A DNA stretch of 63,152 nucleotides, the filler included, from Octopus bimaculoides (lineage: Eukaryota): the NCBI RefSeq assembly GCF_001194135.2. It is 6 parts of 5 records of this genome, joined end to end, with 100 filler letters (N's around TTAATTAATTAA, not from the genome) between each part and the next. Parts side by side here need not be neighbours in the genome. Positions count along the whole stretch, not along the records: positions 9,283 to 39,412 come from NC_068990.1; positions 39,513 to 47,163 come from NC_068981.1; positions 47,264 to 55,862 come from NW_026348821.1; 3 more parts are not named here. One strand, given 5' to 3'. The notes under the pieces are model-generated. The model was not told where the DNA came from. It made no database searches and saw only the letters and a program-made list of their open reading frames with translations. Both the position numbers and the translations under genes were made by a program. Shown here in pieces: positions 38,444 through 48,983 of the stretch (position 1 is the first letter of the stretch; each line of letters starts with the position of its first letter).

Positions 38444-38610
38444 TGTATCCCTGTAGTTTTAGGTGCATTAGGAACTACCCCTAAAGATTTAGACATATGG
38501 ATAGAGGAAATAAGCATAAAACCTAGTTTAGTGCAGCTCCAGAAAACAGTGTTGCAATGGACAGCTAGGATACTTAGGAAGGTTTTTGGCATCTAAGGTT
38601 ACTTGTTGTT
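38444..38610 (+). mobile_element. RLE-type (R4/Dong/NeSL/HERO-like) retroelement 3' end
   Basis: IPVVLGALGTTPKDLDIWIEEISIKPSLVQLQKTVLQWTARILRKVFGI* matches the PVV.GALG..LQK..L..TA.ILRK terminus of RLE elements. Confidence 0.8.
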
Positions 38611-38932
38611 GAGAATTTTTCTTTTCCAATAATTTAATCTGTTGTGCATATGTGAAATAATAATAATAAAACTGTCATGAAAATCATCATTTGGTTGAAA
38701 CTCTCGTTCTGCTGCTTCACAAGTGATTTTGGTTTTATTTAAGAGATTAATAAGGAAATTGATTTAGTCTAGTTATCTTGCTATTTATGGGCGTAGGTAG
38801 AATCTTTAATTACCACAAAAGGTTGATCTCATTTATTCACATAGTTTCATATATATATATATAAAAAATTATTTCAGAATGAGATAAAAAAAAACCAAGG
38901 CTGTGAAGATTTTTGAACATTTATAAAAAGAA

Positions 38933-38982
38933 GGTCTTACAGCTGTTTCCAGGATATTTATTATATCCCTTCATCGGAAACG
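38933..38982 (-). ncRNA. Type-I minimal hammerhead-like motif (family HH-D)
   Basis: CGTTT-CCGATGA-AGGGATAT/ATATCCTG-GAAA-CAGCTG-TA|AGACC; palindromic stem III ACAGCTGT and GUA triplet; U4 is mutated to C. Confidence 0.6.
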
Positions 38983-39122
38983 GTGTGAGAAAATGGTTAA
39001 GCAATTGTTAATTTAGATAAGATACGAAATTGAGAGTGAAGTGGAGGAATGAAAATAGATGTAAGATATGCAGGGATATTGCTCTTGTAGATCCATTATT
39101 TAGGCAAAATGGTATACATACA

Positions 39123-39172
39123 AGTGCTATTGGATCAAGGGTTTTAAATAAAACCCTTGATCCAATAGCACT
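39123..39172. repeat. Perfect 24-bp inverted repeat with a 2-nt spacer
   Basis: AGTGCTATTGGATCAAGGGTTTTA-AA-TAAAACCCTTGATCCAATAGCACT. Confidence 0.97.
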
Positions 39173-39375
39173 GTGTACAAACTCTATACTTGGAATGACC
39201 AATTTTAAATACTATTGGATTTTACTCACAAAGTATTGGAATCTAACACCCATGTTAGACTCCTTATTTGCATAATCACCAAACCTGGAGCTTAACTATG
39301 GTCTATCCATAGCACTTACTCAGCATTACCTGACACCTTTGGGTCTTACTGACACCATTACCTCTCATAGCCTCT

Positions 39376-39412
<37 letters not shown>

Positions 39413-39544
39413 NNNNNNNNNNNNNNNNNNNNNNNNNNNNNNNNNNNNNNNNNNNNTTAATTAATTAANNNNNNNNNNNNNNNNNNNNNNNNNNNNNNNN
39501 NNNNNNNNNNNNCTCTCTCTCTTTCTCTCTTTCTCTCTCTCTCT

Positions 39545-39813
39545 GAAAGTATCTGTAATTACAGTATCGAAATGTGATTGTTTCAGTTAGTAGAATAGTT
39601 TCATTTTTAAAGTGAAAGTATTTGACATGAGTGTTTTTGTTTCACTTTTGACACGTAATACTTAAATAGTGGAGGAGATATTATGTTGCCGTGGGCTCGA
39701 ACTCTGCAAGAAGTTAAAATTTTTTTTTGACTAAAACACAACTGGAACCCTAAGTGGGGCATCTGTAAAATTTGAATGAAATTTGTTGCGTAGTTCTCGA
39801 GTTTTAGGGATTC

Positions 39814-39848
<35 letters not shown>

Positions 39849-39882
39849 CACACACACACATTCTCATTTTTATATATATAGA
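39545..39882 (-). mobile_element. Non-autonomous Helitron-like element, 5' part
   Basis: The minus strand begins A|TCTATATATATAAAAATGAG followed by (GT)/(CTGT)n; homologous to 60520-60790. Confidence 0.7.
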
Positions 39883-39889
39883 TTGTTTT

Positions 39890-40950
39890 TTTCTGGATGT
39901 CTTGGTTCTTCCTTGTAGTAGGTTTGGTTTGTTCAAATTTCCAATATTTTGTCTTTATAGTAATCCTTGTCCATGATTACTATCGCTCCTCCCTTATCGG
40001 CTTCTTTTAGGATGATTGAGTTGTCATTCTACAGCGTTAGTAAGGCTTCCTTTTCTTCTTCACGAAGGTTTTGTTTGCATCTGTAAATTGTGCCTATATA
40101 TGCGTCTAGACATTTGTCATTTCCCTTGTAGGAGGTGAAGTAGGATTTATTTCTTACTATTGATTCATCATTTATATCTTTACTGCCGAAGAATTCTATA
40201 AGTCGGAGGTGGCGGTTGAAATGTTCAATATCAGATTTCAGTTCAATGAGATTAGGGGTAGGTGTTGGGGTAAACTTGAAACCCTTTAATAGGAGATTCA
40301 TCTCATTCTTGTTGAGGTTTCCATTTGACAAATTTATGATCTTTGGGTCTATATGTTCTGTGTGTTCATCAAAATTTTGTGTTGTGTTGGATCTGGTGCG
40401 CGATTGTGGTATTTTCTCCCTGAGACAGGAATTGTATTACCATGTGGGCAGTGGGAGGATGGTTCGTGTCTTTTGTACGAATTCCGTTGTCTATAGATTG
40501 TTTTCTTCCCATCTTCCATGTTTTTGGCGCCATTCAGGATATACGGGACTTTTGGTCGAAGATCGTGGGTTTCTTAGGTTACCATGGTGGTTATTCATAT
40601 TATGATATCTGTATTGTCCGTATTCTTTTTGTCTTTCTTCCCATGTATTCATTCATCTAAGGTACATGGCATCACGCGTTGGTGGTTGTCTATATGTTAT
40701 TTGTCTTTCATGTCTTTTTCCAATGTATTTGTCCATCTAGGGCGCTTGGTATTATGGGTTGATGGCTGTCTTCTACATTTCATGTGTTGGCTTTTTGTAG
40801 TGTTATTTATTGCAGAATATGGATTTCTAATCTGCACCTGGGTGAGATGAAGTCATTTCGGCATATGTTCTAGGGTAACTAGAGGTTCGATGCCTTAGTC
40901 CGGTTCCTCTGGGGTTGGTGTCAATGTTTGTTTTCGATTTCCTCATATTT
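39890..40950 (-). mobile_element. Penelope-like element, N-terminal ORF relic
   Basis: NLSNGNLNKNEMNLLLKGFKFTPTP..DIEHFNRHLRLIEFF..NLREEEKEALLTL, then (other frame) IILKEADKGGAIVIMDKDYY, the diagnostic pre-RT PLE motifs. Confidence 0.88.
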
Positions 40951-41054
40951 TTGTTGTTGTAGTGGTTTCGTTTTCATAATGGATTTTTCTCCATAGCTTT
41001 TTTCATAGTTAGTGAACCACACTTGTTTTTCCCACATTTTTATGGATTCTCTCA

Positions 41055-41129
<75 letters not shown>

Positions 41130-41412
41130 NNNNNNNNNNNNNNNNNNNNNNNNNNNNNNNNNNNNNNNNNNNNNNNNNNNNNNNNNNNNNNNNNNNNNNN
41201 NNNNNNNNNNNNNNNNNNNNNNNNNNNNNNNNNNNNNNNNNNNNNNNNNNNNNNNNNNNNNNNNNNNNNNNNNNNNNNNNNNNNNNNNNNNNNNNNNNNN
41301 NNNNNNNNNNNNNNNNNNNNNNNNNNNNNNNNNNNNNNNNNNNNNNNNNNNNNNNNNNNNNNNNNNNNNNNNNNNNNNNNNNNNNNACACACACACACAC
41401 ACAAATTACATG

Positions 41413-41578
41413 CGATGGCCTTCCATACTGTTTCTACCAATCAAATTTATTTCAGGCCGTTATTCAGCTCGAGGCTGTGTTGAAAGACATTTTACCCAAA
41501 GTATTATGCAGTAGGACCGAATCCAGAAGCACATACTTATGAAGCGAACTTTTTAACATTACAGTCATTCCTACGCCG
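41413..41578 (-). mobile_element. SINE family A, diverged 5' half
   Basis: Reverse complement of head and central module. Confidence 0.55.
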
Positions 41579-41594
41579 ATATTACTGATAAGTT

Positions 41595-41786
41595 AAGGCG
41601 ACGAGCTGGCAGAAATGTTAGCATGCCGGGTGAAATGCTTAGCGGTATTTCGTCCGTCTTTATGTTCTGAGTTCAAATTCCGCCGAGGTCGACTTTGCCT
41701 TTCATCTTTTCGGAGTCGGTAAATTAAGTACAGTGGCATACTGGGATCTATCTAATCGACTGGCCTCTTGTGCCTATAGTAGAAAG
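41595..41786 (+). mobile_element. SINE family B with ~17-bp TSD
   Basis: GGCGACGAGCTGGCAGAAATGTTAGC..GAGTTCAAATTCCGCC; TSD GATATTACTGATA(A/C)GTT at 41578-41594 and 41787-41803. Confidence 0.9.
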
Positions 41787-42065
41787 GATATTACTGATAC
41801 GTTCTTTTAGAATCCACAGCTCAATGAAACAACTACAATACTTCACTCATTTGAGCTGTGAGTTCAAGTCAAGCCTAAGGAACTATTCTCCCATGTGAAA
41901 ATATGGGTGAAATGCAATATATTAAAATATGTTGGCGCTTTACTAACTTAGTTTGACAGTAGCAGAATGATATTTTAGCTAGATTATGTTTTCGATGAAA
42001 TTCCATAATAACGGCTAACGGTACTTTAGCTAGGAGTGGTGACAAGTGTATGGCAAGAATTACTA

Positions 42066-43315
42066 CAGGGTACCCAAAAGAAACTGGAATTCTGCGATAT
42101 TATTTTATTCACTTTGATTTACATGTTTATACTTTTATCGCCTTCAAAGTATTCTCCATTTGAAGCAATGCGTCGTTCCAGACGCGTTTTCCACTGTTCG
42201 AAGCAGTCCTGGAACTCTTGCGAAGTGATGCTTTTTAAACGCCTCTGTCGTTTTTTTTCTTCACCTGTCCACATCTGCAAAACGTTTTCCTTTAAGAACT
42301 TTTTTCATTCGAGGGAACAAAAAATGTCGCAGAGTAGAAGATCGGGTGAATAAGGTGGGTACGTAAAAGGGGGTCACGCCATTTTTTGTCAAAAACTGTC
42401 TTACCCTCAAGGCGGTATGCACAGGCGCGTTGTGGTGATGAAACCACCACACTCCATTTTGCCCAGGTCGGGGTGTATACGTTTCATCGCGTCTCGTAAA
42501 TGCTTCAGAACCGCCAAATAAAATGTCTGTTAACAGTTTGACCTGGAGGAATAAATTCTGTGTGGACAATTCGTTTCGCATCGATGAAACGAACCAGCAT
42601 CGTTTTGACACTAGACTTCACTTGACGCGCTTTTGTGGTGCGCGTGGTGAGATTGAACGCTTTCATTGACTTGATTGCTGCCTCGTTTCCGGATCGTAGC
42701 TGTAACACCAGCTTTCGTCACTGATGATTACGTTAGAAAAACGGTCCGGATCAACCTCCAACTGTTCATTCAGTTCACGACACACATTCAGTTGTGGCTG
42801 CTGTTGTTCTTCCTTGAGCAAGCAAGGCAAAAATTCTGCTGCAAGTCTTTTCATTCGCAATTCCTCGCTCAAATTCTTTGGCGCGAACTCCATGATACAT
42901 ATCAACATATCAAGTCATATCAACAAGTTCGTTAATTGTTCGGTGACAGTCCTCGAATATCAGTTCATGAATTTTCGAGGTTGGTCTTCAAGCGACGAGT
43001 GACCATTCCTAAAGTGTGAAAACCACTTGTAAACTTGTAAATTGTTTGAAGCATGACAACTGTTTCGGCCGCCGTTTGCCGCAACAGAAAACAAAATTTC
43101 ACGGAAGCATGCTGTTCATTCGCTTCAGACATCGCAAAATCGACGAACAGCGGGGAAGCACTGCAAAACAAAGACGCACCACGTAGCAATACGACTCTAG
43201 ACGACGACAACGGTCGGTGAGGGTGGCATAAAGTGATTTCTAGCTGCGGAAGCCTGAACTACATCGAGCTTGTACCACAGAGAAAGTTTCCCGGTTACTT
43301 TTGGGTACTCCCTCG
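42066..43315 (-). mobile_element. Near full-length mariner transposon (1250 bp) with both TIRs
   Basis: TIRs CAGGG-TACCCAAAAGAAACTGGAA and reverse-complement CGAGGGAGTACCCAAAAGTAACCGGGA; TA at the left flank. Confidence 0.9.
42119..43132 (-). pseudogene. Mariner DD34D-type transposase pseudogene
   Basis: MSEANEQHASVKFCF.., LAAEFLPCLL, IISDESWCYSYDPET, GQTVN, HHHNAPVH (HDNA degenerate), FLFPRMKKVLKGKRF, GEYFEG; several frameshifts. Confidence 0.9.
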
Positions 43316-43379
43316 AATAGCTTTCAAAGACGTTGTCTAGAAAAATGATCATCCTATTAACTGCAACAGCCCTAAGAAC

Positions 43380-44250
43380 TCTTTTGAAATTCTTTCTCTT
43401 TAAAACATCAATTTAGTCTTTAAGCAAAGAGGACAACTCTACAGGAACTTACAGGAAATTTTTTTCAGAATATATTTTCGCAACATGTATTTACATTGGG
43501 ACGCTCAGAAAGGCATACCACCATTTTAGAATAGAAATATATTTGGAGTTAAATGATGATAATATTAACAATTATGTAATCGGTTTCTCTATTAAAAGAA
43601 GACGAAAATTTACACCAGTAGTTCCAGAAGTGTGGTATCTACCACGTGTAGATATTAGGGTTGTTGCAATTCCTTAGAGAAAGGAGTTTCCGTATTCTTG
43701 AAAGGGCTCTTCTGTTTATACTGAACATGGAAGTAGTGCCGATGTAGGTACAATTTTAGTTCACCTTAAAATTATTTTCATTGAATGATATCTCTGGTCT
43801 GCAAGAAAATGTTTATGCATAAGTTTCAGGAAAATTCTGACAACAATGGAGCGACAAACATTTAGATTCTAGGGAAGATTATTTCTCATAATATTTTGTT
43901 TCCTATTTTTGCAGTTATGAACATTAGTTTTTTTTTATTTTATGCAAATATATTAGTATGTGACTTATGTTTAATATTTATGTATTGCATCATATCTTTT
44001 AAGCAGCAAGGTAACAATAAATAGACTTTGGAGGTCTTATTGTAGGAATAAGCAACGCGGTGAACTGACTTCCTATTAGAAGATAATCTGGATATGTACT
44101 TAGAACGGTTGTTAATTACGTTTTGGAGCATTATTTGACGGTAGCTGGTATTTACATTAATATTCTGCATTTTCAGATTAGGGTAATATTTATCAGAACC
44201 GAAATTTAGGTTTATATCTAAGAAATTAAAAATCTGCATCTATTGTAACG
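43380..44250 (-). mobile_element. Penelope-like relic (RT thumb to GIY-YIG region)
   Basis: FNFLDINL..KY.PNLK..SKYISRLSS..YN and RKQNIMRNNLP..IFLKLMHKHF resemble PLE NFLDV.L..Y.KP..KR.S.LSS and IIWFNPP..FL.L..KHF; heavily degraded. Confidence 0.6.
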
Positions 44251-44312
44251 TTTAAATCATACATTGAAAAATTAGTTGCGAGGTGGGAGCGCTAAACAGT
44301 GTTGTGCATAAA

Positions 44313-44477
44313 CGAATATGCCAGTGGCATGTTAAGACTCGTAAACAAGCCATTCATAAGTGGTGCTGCGAGCTGATTTAGGTGTATCTAACCATTTGCT
44401 ACAACGAGAAATTTTCTCCATGACAAAACACAGTGAATGGCTTGTTTACGAGTTCGAACTTGCCACTGGCATATTCG
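44313..44477. repeat. 44-bp inverted repeat with 77-bp spacer (MITE-like foldback)
   Basis: CGAATATGCCAGTGGCATGTTAAGACTCGTAAACAAGCCATTCA versus the reverse complement of 44434-44477; 4 mismatches. Confidence 0.9.
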
Positions 44478-45116
44478 AGCTGGTTAACATTGCATAAAAA
44501 ATTAGTATTTCATCATTCCAGTAAGAACCGAACTCAATGGAGCGATATGTCGACCAACGTAAGGGTAGAAAACACACCCCAGCAGAATACCGTAGGTTGA
44601 TCAAAGTTTCATGACCTACTATGTTTGATCCAAAGAGAATTATGAGAAAAGAGCAAAATAATATAAATATCTGAATCACTAATTGATACTGTGGCGAATT
44701 CTAAAATGTTTTCAGAAAGAAATTTAGTTATAAATTATACTGAATTCCAGAAATTTACACTGGAGATTGTTATCTATATTGCTGAACCATTTGATAAACG
44801 ATAATTCTTCTATAACAGCCGATAAGTTTATTATGGAAAATGAAGAGATGTAGAATATTTTACTGGACATTCGTTTCTGATGTTTTACCGGACATATTAA
44901 TTTGCATTTATGATTTACAATAGGATTTTTAAGTGTAATGTATGGTCCGCGTAACATTAAATTTTCCACTCTATTGACTATTTATTGGCTAATAGTTTCC
45001 TATATTCCGATATTGAGAAAATAGGTGAAAGCAAGTGGTATTCTCTACCGTGATCTCTCACTCACATAGAAGCACACACAAGTACACATATTCATACATA
45101 TATGATTATATATATA

Positions 45117-45197
<81 letters not shown>

Positions 45198-45517
45198 GTG
45201 TGTGTGTGTGTGTGTGTGTACATTTATGAGCACAGATTTTCCTCCGACAACAACAGAAAGAAAACACCCAAATCTAAACTAGAACGGAAATAATTTTCAA
45301 GCCAGAATTGGCCAGAATTGACCGGAATGACTGAATGAGACAGCTAAGCATCAATGTACATGAGAAAAGAAGCAGTGCAAATGAATATACAAATTGTAAA
45401 GTAAAGAAACTAAGATTTGCAGGCAGGAAGTGCTATGGTATTCCTCCTTGATCAAAAAGAAAATTTGAAATATTGTGGTCGTACAATTCATATAGTTCTG
45501 TGATACCAAACAAAGAA

Positions 45518-45565
45518 AACTTTTGAAGAACCAATGATGTTAACTTTTGAAGAACCAATGATGTT
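45518..45565 (+). repeat. Perfect 24-bp tandem duplication
   Basis: AACTTTTGAAGAACCAATGATGTT x2. Confidence 0.95.
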
Positions 45566-46090
45566 AGATTTCTCTCACCAAAATCACTGTATGAACTTTT
45601 ACTAATGAACTCCAATGATATTAATCGAGTTATGAATACTTATTTGAAGTAAGGCTATATCACATTGAAAACAACGGTTCTCATACGGTCATAAAAATTA
45701 AGCGATGTCGAACGTAGTTCATAGTTAAATGGATGATTTATCTGAAATCTAGGTGATGTAAGGCGGTGCTGCAGCATGACCACAGTTAATTGTGTGAAAC
45801 AGATAATACTTATAGGAGTGTGTGTGAGAAAGTTTTTATGTGTGTGAGTATGTGTGTGTTTAAATACAATAATAATGAATATAGGAATTATAAAACGAAA
45901 ACAGTAAGAAATTATATAGGAAAATATAGTTTATTTATAGGTACTGATTGTATACAACATATAGAATTTTTGACATCAACAATGCAATTTTATGAAGGTG
46001 GACACAAAATATCATAAGAGGTCCGTAATATCTAATAATTTATAAATCACATAAGACTCCTCATGCGAAAATCATCTTCGCTTTTGGAAT

Positions 46091-46096
46091 TTTATT
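46091..46096 (-). promoter_or_regulatory. Candidate polyadenylation signal of the CBM14-like gene
   Basis: AATAAA on the minus strand about 180 nt downstream of the stop; a second one at 45930-45935. The context is AT-rich, so chance matches are likely. Confidence 0.35.
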
Positions 46097-46278
46097 CAAT
46101 ACGCAGGACAAAAGTCAGGTGAAGAAACGAAAGTAACAATGTCGATGTTATAACGACCATTTCTTATTTTGTACATCGCATTTCGTTTATGAGAAATAAA
46201 AAATAATGAAAAACACTTTGGCATTTATAGTTCGCATCCACGAGTTCGAATGAACAGAAATAGCATGGTAATTCGTTT

Positions 46279-47163
46279 TTATGAATTATGTACACATGCA
46301 TATGTCCTTTGTGACCACGATGTTCCTTGCGCACACGGCATTACAAAGTATGTACCAAATTCTGTACATTGAATAAATAAATTTTTATTTGGATGTGCAA
46401 AATAGAATTTACCAGCAGCAAATTTCTCCTTCGTACAAGGATTGTCAATGGTGGATTTGGTGGTCGCGGTTTTCCCAGTCGTAGCTATGGTCTGTTGATT
46501 GTTAACATTGCTGTTGCTAACATTGCTATCATCTGCAATGCAAGTATAGGCCATTTGTGACCATATGGTAGTCGGCGCACACGGCATTACAAAGTATGTA
46601 CCAAATTCTGTACATTGAATAAATAAATTTTTATTTGGATGTGCGAAATAGAATTTACCAGCGTCAATATTCTCTTTACTACACGGATTGATAATGGTAA
46701 ATTTGCGGGTTGTCGTGGTTCTTTTTGTCGAAGATACGGTTTGTTGTATATTAACATTGCTATCGTCTGCAATGCAGGTATAGGCGCTTTGTGACCATAT
46801 TGTACCCGGAGCACACGGCTTTACATAGAATGTACCCCATTCGGTACATTGAATAAAGAAGTGTTTATTTGGATGAGCGAAATAGAATTTACCGGCGTCA
46901 ATATTCTGCTTGGTACAGGGATTGTTAATGATAGATTTGTTGGTGGTCGTGGTTCTTTCTGTCGTAGCCTTCGTATGTTGAGTATTATCATATTTTTCGT
47001 CTGAAATGCAGGTATAGGCAGTTTGTGACCATACTGTGCCCGGTGCACACGGCATTACAAAGTATGTACCCAATTCGGTACACTGGATAAAGAACGTTTT
47101 ATTTGGGTGAGCGAAATAGAATTTACCGGCGTCAATATTTTGCTTGGTACAGGGATTGTTAAT
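46279..47163 (-). CDS. 5'-incomplete CDS: tandem peritrophin-A/CBM14-like 4-Cys domains (at least 4) with Thr/Ser-rich linkers; putative chitin-binding or matrix protein
   Basis: 885 nt open from the gap edge to TAA; the track's 'M' at 47073 is an internal TTG Leu. Repeats (I)NNPCTKQNIDAGKFYFAHPNKxxFIQCTExGTYFVMPCAPGTxWSQxAYTC recur at 234/234/246-nt periods. Substitutions between domains are often synonymous (CAA/CAG, CAC/CAT, ATC/ATT). Confidence 0.88.
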   Translation of the reverse strand: MNNPCTKQNIDAGKFYFAHPNKTFFIQCTELGTYFVMPCAPGTVWSQTAYTCISDEKYDNTQHTKATTERTTTTNKSIINNPCTKQNIDAGKFYFAHPNKHFFIQCTEWGTFYVKPCAPGTIWSQSAYTCIADDSNVNIQQTVSSTKRTTTTRKFTIINPCSKENIDAGKFYFAHPNKNLFIQCTEFGTYFVMPCAPTTIWSQMAYTCIADDSNVSNSNVNNQQTIATTGKTATTKSTIDNPCTKEKFAAGKFYFAHPNKNLFIQCTEFGTYFVMPCAQGTSWSQRTYACVHNS

Positions 47164-47986
47164 NNNNNNNNNNNNNNNNNNNNNNNNNNNNNNNNNNNNN
47201 NNNNNNNTTAATTAATTAANNNNNNNNNNNNNNNNNNNNNNNNNNNNNNNNNNNNNNNNNNNNACACACACGCACACATATGTTAGGGTTTGTCACGATT
47301 AATTTAATTTTAATAATTAAATTTTGAGAAATTAACGATTAATTAATCGTTAATTGCATATACAACTGCATATATATATATATATATATATATACGCATA
47401 TATAAACCAGTGCTCGTGTTTCCCTCTCTCTCTCTCTCTCTCTCGCTGTGTTTCTTTTATATGCATATGTGTGTGTGTTTATCAATTTACACAAAATACA
47501 TACATACATATTATGTACACACACCACACTCCATGTTCTCGTCCTCATAAAAATATATAGCATAACATATATATTTATCACCAGCTGTATATTCAGCAAC
47601 GTGTAAGATCAGGGGACCAGCAGCGTCCCCCACGATAATCCCTCGTACTTGTACTTTAACCATTTCCCTGCATCATAAACACCTACATACCAGTAATACT
47701 CACAGGTCATGTTTATATCCTGTCACCCTAAACATACAACTGTGTCTTCAAGTCGTGGTTCTCGCCTCGACATAAAAACAAAGTAATTAACATAAACTGC
47801 TAGCCCCGCCCATTTCTTGTTTTTAAACTCGACTCCGCCCACTTTATTTTGCGATTCTGAAATTTTAAAACGCTGTTATATATAAAGCGGTTTAGGAGAA
47901 CGTGAGTTCGAATCACACCAGCGAAAAATCTTTCTCTTGTTCGCCAATGCATCTATGTATAGATAGGTATGAGTCAGAGAAGGAAA

Positions 47987-48272
47987 CTTCTACATGATAG
48001 CTTAATTTGTCAGAAATAGCAGCCAAATCTCCCTCAAATTACACCAACCTGATTGTTTTATGTATATGTGTGTGTGTATGACCCAATGAAGGAGACCGCT
48101 GCATGGTTAATAGTTATGCTAGAAACAACAGCCAAAATATCCCTCAAATCACGCCCTATTATCTTGTGAATGTTTATATGTACGTATGTGCCAACAACGG
48201 CGCCTTGTATATGTATCTAGACCTGGTAGAAATAGCAGCCAAACGTCCCGCAAGTTACACCCTACTGCCTTG
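47987..48272 (-). repeat. Three diverged tandem copies of the family-G 3' segment (~108-bp period)
   Basis: AGAAA(T/C)A(G/A)CAGCCAAA at 48012, 48121 and 48228, each followed by a TG-rich spacer. Confidence 0.75.
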
Positions 48273-48691
48273 TGTGTGTGCATGCGCCGGTGTGTATGTA
48301 TGTGTGTGTATGTATGTATGCGTGTATGAGTGCGTGTATGTATGTATGTATGTATGTATGTATGTGTATGTATTTATGAGTGTGCATGTTAGTATATGTA
48401 TGTATGTATTTAAGAGTGTGTATGTATGTATGCATGTATGAGTGTGTATGTATGTATGTATGTGTGTATGTGCATGTATGTCTGTGTATGTACGTATGCG
48501 TGTATGTATGTATGAGTGTGTATGTATGTATGTATGTATGTGTGGGTGTGTATGTATGTATGTATGTGTGGGTGTGTATGTATGTATGTATGTATGTGTT
48601 ATGCATATTATCCGGCGTGTTGACGATTCTGCCAGGTCCCCATAATAATAATAATAAGAAGAAGAAGAACAACAACAACAACAACGACAAT

Positions 48692-48908
48692 AGTTTCTAC
48701 TCTAGGCACAAGGCCCGAAATTTTGGGGGAGAAGGCCAGTTGATAAGATCGACCCCTTCCCTGTACACAATCGGTACTTATTTTATCGACTCCGAAACGA
48801 TGAAAGGCGAAGTCGACCTCGGTGGAATTTGAACTCAGATCGTCAAGGCGGACGAAATACCGCTCAGCATTTTGCTCGGCATGCTAGAGTTTCTGCCAGC
48901 TCGCCTTA
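48692..48908 (-). mobile_element. SINE family B, full length
   Basis: Reverse-complement match to 27209-27422. Confidence 0.88.
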
Positions 48909-48983
48909 GTAACAATAATAATAATAATCCTTTCTATTATTGGCACAAGGCCTGAAATTTGGGGGAAGGGTTAAGTCGATTAC

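Noticed and set aside
46279-47163. Regularly spaced repeats as a CRISPR-like array
   Set aside because: The 234-246-nt in-frame protein-domain repeats sit in a eukaryotic genome; there are no short identical repeats with unique spacers and no cas genes.
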